Positions 58,459-64,000 of a stretch of 64,000 nucleotides of DNA are shown one piece after another (the stretch's first letter is position 1; every line of letters begins with the position of its first letter). Both the position numbers and the translations under genes were made by a program. The stretch is from Candidatus Poribacteria bacterium (GTDB lineage: Bacteria; Poribacteria; WGA-4E; PCPOR2b). The notes beneath the pieces are model-generated. The model was not told the origin of the DNA, did no database searches, and worked only from the letters and a program-made list of their open reading frames with translations. Location: positions 5,344,001-5,408,000 of the forward strand of contig OZ220744.1 of assembly GCA_965116925.1 (NCBI GenBank), read 5' to 3'.

Positions 58459-59670
58459 ATGAACCGTTCATGTTTCACATCCAACCCACTATCTATCACC
58501 ACGATTGTAGTCCTTCTATTTGGAACATTGCCATATAGTAATGCCCAAGAAGCCACGAGCACTCTATCCGGTCGTGTTATTGGTGTTGATGGTAATCCGA
58601 TTGCTGGGATTTCGATAGCGATTCAGCCATCTGAAACCTTCGATGGTATGGAACGACAAGAGCCCTTCTTTGTACTGCCATCACAAACCGATGACGCAGG
58701 ACGTTTCTCCATCGTGAATATTACTCCGGTTTCAGTCCAATTGGTTGTACTACCCTACGATGCACCTGACCATGAGATACTATCTGTCAAAATGGGACTG
58801 GTGACTGTCTATCAGCTAGAACAGCCGCCTTTTGGTGGTATCGCGTTTGCCGTCAAGCCGGGGACACACATTGAGAATGTTGAAGTCATAGTGAAACCTC
58901 GGATGCGTATTCGAGGCCGAGTTGTTTTTGCCGACGGAACACCCCTTGCCAAGGCGAGGATTCGGATCGATACACGCCGTGGTTCTCTTGATGGGCAGGG
59001 CAGCGGGAGGTCAAGCGGAGGGTATCAGACGGATGATGCAGGGTACTTTATAAAATATGTGGATTCACCTGGACTCTACACAGTAACGGTGAGTCAGCAG
59101 GGACTTTCAGCAACAGCAGAACCATTCGTGCTTGAGGAGGACGAAAGAAAGGACGATGTGGTCTTCACCTTCGAGTCTGAACCAATTTCCACCGATGCAC
59201 CCCTTGATCGAGTAGAGGCGTCAACCTCATCGGCACCGGGCGAGGGAATGTGGGTGGTCAATCCGGCAAATGGACACGCTTACAAAAGCATCCGTTGCGA
59301 GGGATGGAACGATGCGAACAACCAAGCAGCCACCGAAGATGCGTATCTGGTCGCCATTAATGACGAAGCGGAGCAGAAGTGGCTCTCGGAAATCTTTGGA
59401 TCCCGCCCCTATTGGATTGGTCTGACCGACCTTGCCAAGGAGGGTGAATGGGTTTGGACAAACGGTGAGCCGGTTACCTACACTAACTGGAGACAACCCT
59501 ATGAACCGATGGACGCCGATAGGGGCGACGAAGACCACGTCTTCATGGGGCATTCACCAATTGGGGAATGGTCTGACGTTAGCCCCGACGACGGTGCATG
59601 GCGGTCTGTCCGAATGGCTATCATTGAAAAAGACAATCCCCCCGGCAAAACGCCGACGAAAGAGAAATAA
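58459..59670 (+). CDS. secreted carboxypeptidase-regulatory-like + C-type lectin protein (paralog 2)
   Basis: Colinear with 54842-56107 (PPFGGI.FA, VKPRMRIRG, WIGLTDLAKEGEW, DADRGDED). Confidence 0.85.
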   Translation: MNRSCFTSNPLSITTIVVLLFGTLPYSNAQEATSTLSGRVIGVDGNPIAGISIAIQPSETFDGMERQEPFFVLPSQTDDAGRFSIVNITPVSVQLVVLPYDAPDHEILSVKMGLVTVYQLEQPPFGGIAFAVKPGTHIENVEVIVKPRMRIRGRVVFADGTPLAKARIRIDTRRGSLDGQGSGRSSGGYQTDDAGYFIKYVDSPGLYTVTVSQQGLSATAEPFVLEEDERKDDVVFTFESEPISTDAPLDRVEASTSSAPGEGMWVVNPANGHAYKSIRCEGWNDANNQAATEDAYLVAINDEAEQKWLSEIFGSRPYWIGLTDLAKEGEWVWTNGEPVTYTNWRQPYEPMDADRGDEDHVFMGHSPIGEWSDVSPDDGAWRSVRMAIIEKDNPPGKTPTKEK

Positions 59671-59677
59671 TTCTGAT

Positions 59678-61177
59678 TTGAAAACCCAAGTACTTCGTTT
59701 CACACTTATCCTATTGAGCAGTCTCACCCTTTCCGCGCTCACTACGATTTCCATCGCCCAAACTCAAGATTATTCGCGGGTGAACCTACCCGACAGCGCC
59801 ATTATCCGTTTGGGGAAAGGCGGGGTGAGCTACGAGGATCGAGGGATCGCCTTTTCGCCCGATGGAAATCGCCTCGCAGTGGCGACCAGCATTGGGATTT
59901 GGCTTTACGATACAGAGACCTTCGATGAACTCGCACTACTGACAGCAGGACATACGGGAGAGGTTACCGCTGTGGCGTTCTCACCCGACGGCACAAAAAT
60001 CGCTGTGGGAGCAGATAAGGGTGTCAAACTGTTAGACATCTTGACCGAAAAACACATTGATTTACTCGGGGCAATGTGGAACCAATCTGTTGCCTTCTCA
60101 CCCGATGGCAAAACACTCGCTACAGCGTCAGGGGCTGGTGTCAGACTGTGGGAGGTCTTGACAGGAAAAAGTCTGATCGGCCTACAAAGACATCCGCGGA
60201 TAGTCTATGCTATAGCTTTCTCCCCTGATGGATTGACCCTCGCCTCAAATTCGTGGAGCGGAATTGAAATATGGGAAATTACAACAGGACAACGTATCGC
60301 CACACTTGGACAACCACCGAGTTTGGCTCTTTCTCTCGCATACTCGCCTGATGGCACAAAAATCGTTTCGGGGTCATACAATCAGAGAAGTACTGAGCAT
60401 ACGGTCAGACTATGGGAGGTTTCAACAGGAAAAAATCTCGCTACTTTACCCGGACATACGGGATTTGTAACCGCTGTCGCATACTCACGAGATGGCACAC
60501 TGCTCGCTTCTGGATCAGAGGATAAGACCGTCAAACTGTGGGAGGTCGAGACGGGACAAAATCTTGCAACACTGCAAGGGCACGGGAAAACAATCAATTC
60601 CATTGCGTTTTCGCCGGATGGCACAAAAATCGCCTCAGGGTCAGACGATAGAACAATTCGACTGTGGCAGATTCCAACAGGGCAAACACTTTACACACTC
60701 AGCGAGGAAACCCTCAATAAACCTCAGATCGACGACGAGGTTGGTACTAAGACCGAACGTTTTATGAGTCGGGTCGCATCGGTTGCGTTTTCGCCGGATG
60801 GTCTAATCCTCGCTTCGCTGGATGAAGACGTAGGCGGAGGCTTGGATAGAGAGGCAATCAAGCTGTGGGATGTCGGGACGGGACAATTTCTCGCAACACT
60901 CACAGACGGAACGGATTTCCCGGGCTTTGCTGTTGCATTTTCACCGGATGGTACAAAACTCGCCTCCGGATCGTGGGCTGATACAGTTGAGTTGTGGGAG
61001 ATTTCAACACGAAAACATATCGCCAGATTCTCAGGACATACCGGCAACGTCAACGTTGTAGCGTTCTCCCCTGACAGCACAAAAATCGCTTCAGGCTCAT
61101 ACGATGGGACCGTTCTGGTATGGAATATAGCGCCGGACAATGACCGAACCTCCAACTATGGTGAATTAGAGAAATAA
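59678..61177 (+). CDS. secreted WD40 repeat protein (10 repeats)
   Basis: TTG start inferred from alignment with the paralog at 61355 (KTQ.LRFTLILL); LPDSAIIRLGKG; 10 FSPDG-type units. Confidence 0.88.
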   Translation: MKTQVLRFTLILLSSLTLSALTTISIAQTQDYSRVNLPDSAIIRLGKGGVSYEDRGIAFSPDGNRLAVATSIGIWLYDTETFDELALLTAGHTGEVTAVAFSPDGTKIAVGADKGVKLLDILTEKHIDLLGAMWNQSVAFSPDGKTLATASGAGVRLWEVLTGKSLIGLQRHPRIVYAIAFSPDGLTLASNSWSGIEIWEITTGQRIATLGQPPSLALSLAYSPDGTKIVSGSYNQRSTEHTVRLWEVSTGKNLATLPGHTGFVTAVAYSRDGTLLASGSEDKTVKLWEVETGQNLATLQGHGKTINSIAFSPDGTKIASGSDDRTIRLWQIPTGQTLYTLSEETLNKPQIDDEVGTKTERFMSRVASVAFSPDGLILASLDEDVGGGLDREAIKLWDVGTGQFLATLTDGTDFPGFAVAFSPDGTKLASGSWADTVELWEISTRKHIARFSGHTGNVNVVAFSPDSTKIASGSYDGTVLVWNIAPDNDRTSNYGELEK

Positions 61178-61328
61178 GTGGACATTTTCCAACAACTTCA
61201 ACCTGCGCGAAGTGTCCAAAGTCCCCCTGACAAGAGTTTCCCCCTGATAAGGGGGACTAAGGGGGTTAGGAGATTTAGGGGGTTAGCTGTGCATCGGAAG
61301 TGTCTAAGTAATTCTAAAATCTACCATA
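61157..61328 (+). mobile_element. TA-flanked MITE-like element, copy B, inserted in the WD40 stop codon
   Basis: TA-TGGTGAATT...AATTCTAAAATCTACCA-TA; body homologous to 24942-25146. Confidence 0.78.
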
Positions 61329-61354
61329 AAGTTGCGAAAAAGAAACATAAACCA

Positions 61355-63457
61355 ATGAAAACCCAAGCACTTCGCTTCACACTTATCCTATTGGGCAGCT
61401 TCACCCTTTCCACGCTCACTACAGTTTCCATTGCCCAAACCCAAGATTATTCGCGGGTGAACCTACCCGACGGTGCCATCGCCCGTTTGGGGAAGGGCGG
61501 AGTAAGCTATGAGGACCGAGGTATCGCCTTTTCCCCCGATGGAAGTCGCCTCGCTCTGGCAACCAGCATGGGTGTTTGGCTTTACGATGCAGAGACGTTC
61601 GAGGAACTCGCACTGCTGACAGGGCACACGGGAGAGATCACTACTGTAGCGTTCTCGCCGGATGGAACAAAACTCGCCGCAGGGTTGGGACGTATGTGGC
61701 CCGGAACACTCGAACTTTGGGAGGTCGAGACTGGACAAAAGATCACCACATTCCAAACACAAGAGGGTTCAGTCGACTCTGTAGCGTTCTCGCCTGACGG
61801 CACAAAACTGGCTTGGGCAGGTAGATTGTGGGATGTCGAAACCGGACAACAACTTGACATACTCCAAGATAATAAACTGTTTGAGGTGGTATTTTCGCCC
61901 GATGGTAAGATACTAGCGGGGACAGGTATAAGTACCGTTGAGCGGACGAGGGTGGGTGTTATCAAGTTTTACGATGTCGAAACCGGACGATTCATTAACA
62001 CTCTCACTGCCACACAGTCCACCACGAAATGGAGTGAATCATCAAAACGGGTCTCATCTATCGCGTTTGCACCCGATGGGCGGCTGCTGGCTTCAGGGTC
62101 AGCAGACGATGGAACGATCAAGTTGTGGGATATAGAAACGGGACAAAATACCGTCACATTTACAGAGAAACCGGAGCCTAACAGTTCTATGTTGTGTGTT
62201 GCGTTCTCGCCGGATGGCACAAAACTCGCTGTGGGGTCGGTAGCGGGTATTAAGCTATTGGAAGTATCAACAGGAGAGCATATCTACACACGACGACATA
62301 TCAACATCAGCGAACTAGCGTCTCTAGCGAGTGTTTTTTTAGTCACGTTTTCGCCGGACGGTACGAAACTTGCCTCTGTGTCATGGGATGGCGTCAAACT
62401 GTGGGATGTAGAGACCGGACAAAATATCACCACCCTTCGAGGACATACGCGGATGGTTGATGCTGTGGCATTCTCTCCCGACGGACTGACCTTCGCTTCA
62501 CATTCGATGGTTGGCGTCCAAGTGTGGGCTGCTGCTACCGGAGGACATATCACCACGCTCGCAGGACCTCCGAACTTTGTCACCTCCCTTGCATACTCAC
62601 CGGACGGCACAAAACTCGCTACGGGTTCAGTAGAAACAAAGAATACCGAACATACGATTAAACTGTGGGAGGTAGAGACAGGACGAAACATTGCCATACT
62701 ACGAGGGCATACGGGCGTTGTAATCACTATCGCATACTCACAAGACGGTACGCTGCTTGCTTCGGGATCAAAGGATAAAACTGTGAGACTGTGGGCAGTT
62801 TCAACGGGAGAAAATATCGCCATACTACAAGGGCATCAGAAATTGGTTTCCTCTATTGCCTTCTCGCCTGATGGCACGAAACTGGCTTCAGGGTCAGAAG
62901 ATACGTCGATTCGACTGTGGGAGATTCCGACAGGCAAAGGACTCTACACACTCGGCGGCGTGAATAGCCCTCAAGTTCCAGTACAAGTCCTACCCGCTCG
63001 TCGTCCAGGGCAGGACATCAATGAACTTCAGACGGCTGATACAGTTGATATTGAACCTGAGATCGTTAGGGGATTGGTTTTCTCTGTTGCATTTTCGCCC
63101 GACGGCACAAAACTTGCCTCTGCGTCATGGAATAACGTCAAACTATGGGATGTAGAGACGGGACAATATTTAGCAACACTCGCCACCGAGTTGGAGTCTT
63201 CAAGTTTCTCCGTTGCATTCTCCCCGGATGGCACAAAACTCGCTTGCGGATCTTGGGAGGACAGGGCTGAATTGTGGGATATTTCAACGCAAAAACATAT
63301 CGCTTCATTCCCAGGGCATACCGGCAACGTTCACACTGTTGCATTTTCACCTGACGGGACAAAGCTAGTCTCAGGATCTGTTGATGGCACAGTGCTGCTA
63401 TGGGATGTGTCCAAAAGCATTAAGTTGTACCCAAGCAAACAACATCCAAACCGATAA
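61355..63457 (+). CDS. secreted WD40 repeat protein (14 repeats)
   Basis: ATG at 61355, signal peptide, LPDGAIARLGKG, 14 FSPDG-type units. Confidence 0.92.
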   Translation: MKTQALRFTLILLGSFTLSTLTTVSIAQTQDYSRVNLPDGAIARLGKGGVSYEDRGIAFSPDGSRLALATSMGVWLYDAETFEELALLTGHTGEITTVAFSPDGTKLAAGLGRMWPGTLELWEVETGQKITTFQTQEGSVDSVAFSPDGTKLAWAGRLWDVETGQQLDILQDNKLFEVVFSPDGKILAGTGISTVERTRVGVIKFYDVETGRFINTLTATQSTTKWSESSKRVSSIAFAPDGRLLASGSADDGTIKLWDIETGQNTVTFTEKPEPNSSMLCVAFSPDGTKLAVGSVAGIKLLEVSTGEHIYTRRHINISELASLASVFLVTFSPDGTKLASVSWDGVKLWDVETGQNITTLRGHTRMVDAVAFSPDGLTFASHSMVGVQVWAAATGGHITTLAGPPNFVTSLAYSPDGTKLATGSVETKNTEHTIKLWEVETGRNIAILRGHTGVVITIAYSQDGTLLASGSKDKTVRLWAVSTGENIAILQGHQKLVSSIAFSPDGTKLASGSEDTSIRLWEIPTGKGLYTLGGVNSPQVPVQVLPARRPGQDINELQTADTVDIEPEIVRGLVFSVAFSPDGTKLASASWNNVKLWDVETGQYLATLATELESSSFSVAFSPDGTKLACGSWEDRAELWDISTQKHIASFPGHTGNVHTVAFSPDGTKLVSGSVDGTVLLWDVSKSIKLYPSKQHPNR

Positions 63458-63775
63458 AAACGAACACACTCCTTCTCCTCTACCAATCAATGTTGGAGCT
63501 TGAATTCCCGCCAAAAGCAGAAGGAAACCTACCAACACTTCTCAACTCTTTCAAATCAGCAGGTTTATCAACGAGAACAACTCTCCACCTTTTACCCCAA
63601 CCTCTTCTAGCTGAATACACTCGACACGCTTGTTGTGCTTAAATCGGTACTTTTCCATGACAGGTAATAATTTGCCTTATTTTGTCGTTGACAGCTAAAC
63701 ATGCCCCATGCTTAGCTTTGGGGCCAACAAGTTTTTTTGTATATTTTTTTGAGTAAGATATGATATACTATAGGT

Positions 63776-64000
63776 ACGCCTTGATGAGGAATTTCTACCG
63801 TTCCGAGCCTTCTGAACGGTCCCTCACACCCATACCTCGTAGAAAAGGTGTAAAGGCGTCAGGGCGAAAACCAAGCCCATCAATGAAAATGCTCGCCGCG
63901 GGACACGCGGAGAGTCTAAACGCCCGTGGAGAGTGGGTAAGACTTTGGTGTCGTTCCGAGCATCCCGATGAATCGAGACTTTCAGAGCGTGTCTCGCCGA
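63776..64000 (+). ncRNA. candidate structured RNA whose 3' part resembles an IS200/IS605 tnpB 3' end / omegaRNA scaffold
   Basis: CCGCGGGACACGCGG...AACGCCCGTGGAGA...GTAAGAC...GATGAA pattern; reads MLAAGHAESLNARGEWVRL like a TnpB tail; several stems upstream; runs to the window end. Confidence 0.5.

Noticed and set aside
54842..59670. Diversity-generating retroelement targeting the C-type lectin genes
   Set aside because: No reverse transcriptase or template repeat in the window; paralog differences are not adenine-specific
56290..63457. Periodic TTC(A/T)(G/C)CCGGATGG nucleotide repeats as a CRISPR array
   Set aside because: They are the codons of FSPDG in WD40 repeats within open frames; no cas genes
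63776..63870. Hammerhead ribozyme (TGATGAG) or Cas12a repeat (AATTTCTAC)
   Set aside because: Lacks the CUGANGA/GAAA core geometry; AATTTCTAC occurs once, with no array or cas gene
1..64000. Many short alternative-frame and antisense ORFs in the track; tRNA and rRNA genes
   Set aside because: The ORFs are shadows of well-supported genes with no motifs; no tRNA cloverleaf or rRNA sequence recognised

Overview
Gene-dense bacterial window of roughly 50% GC. The gene repertoire (secreted WD40 propellers sharing an N-terminal LPxGA(I/K)ARLGKG-like motif, C-type lectin proteins, PhyH, Gfo/Idh/MocA and large OPT-like membrane proteins) suggests Candidatus Poribacteria; this is inference, not a database result. 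Positions 1-38 kb hold mixed housekeeping and catabolic genes: bioA, tatAC, an amidase, purM, purF, oxidoreductases, an RsbW/RsbV/GAF-PP2C partner-switch trio, DUF58, an arsC pseudogene and an unusual ferredoxin-membrane-Hsp20-like fusion. Positions 39.8-53.9 kb form an iron/heme island with three Fur-like boxes: porin, imelysin, NUDIX, di-heme protein, bacterioferritin, Rieske ferredoxin, IsdG-like monooxygenase, PepSY-TM, TonB-dependent receptor, a MITE-broken CcsA-like gene, HmuY and HmuTUV. Positions 54.8-63.5 kb are an array of secreted C-type lectin and WD40 paralogs. The window ends in a structured non-coding segment resembling a TnpB 3' end/omegaRNA with no tnpB gene. Intergenic DNA carries several non-autonomous element families. 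These include TA-flanked MITEs with shared ends and different palindromic cores (two sit exactly in TAA stop codons), a 209-bp MITE pair and REP-like palindromes. No tRNA, rRNA or CRISPR array was recognised.
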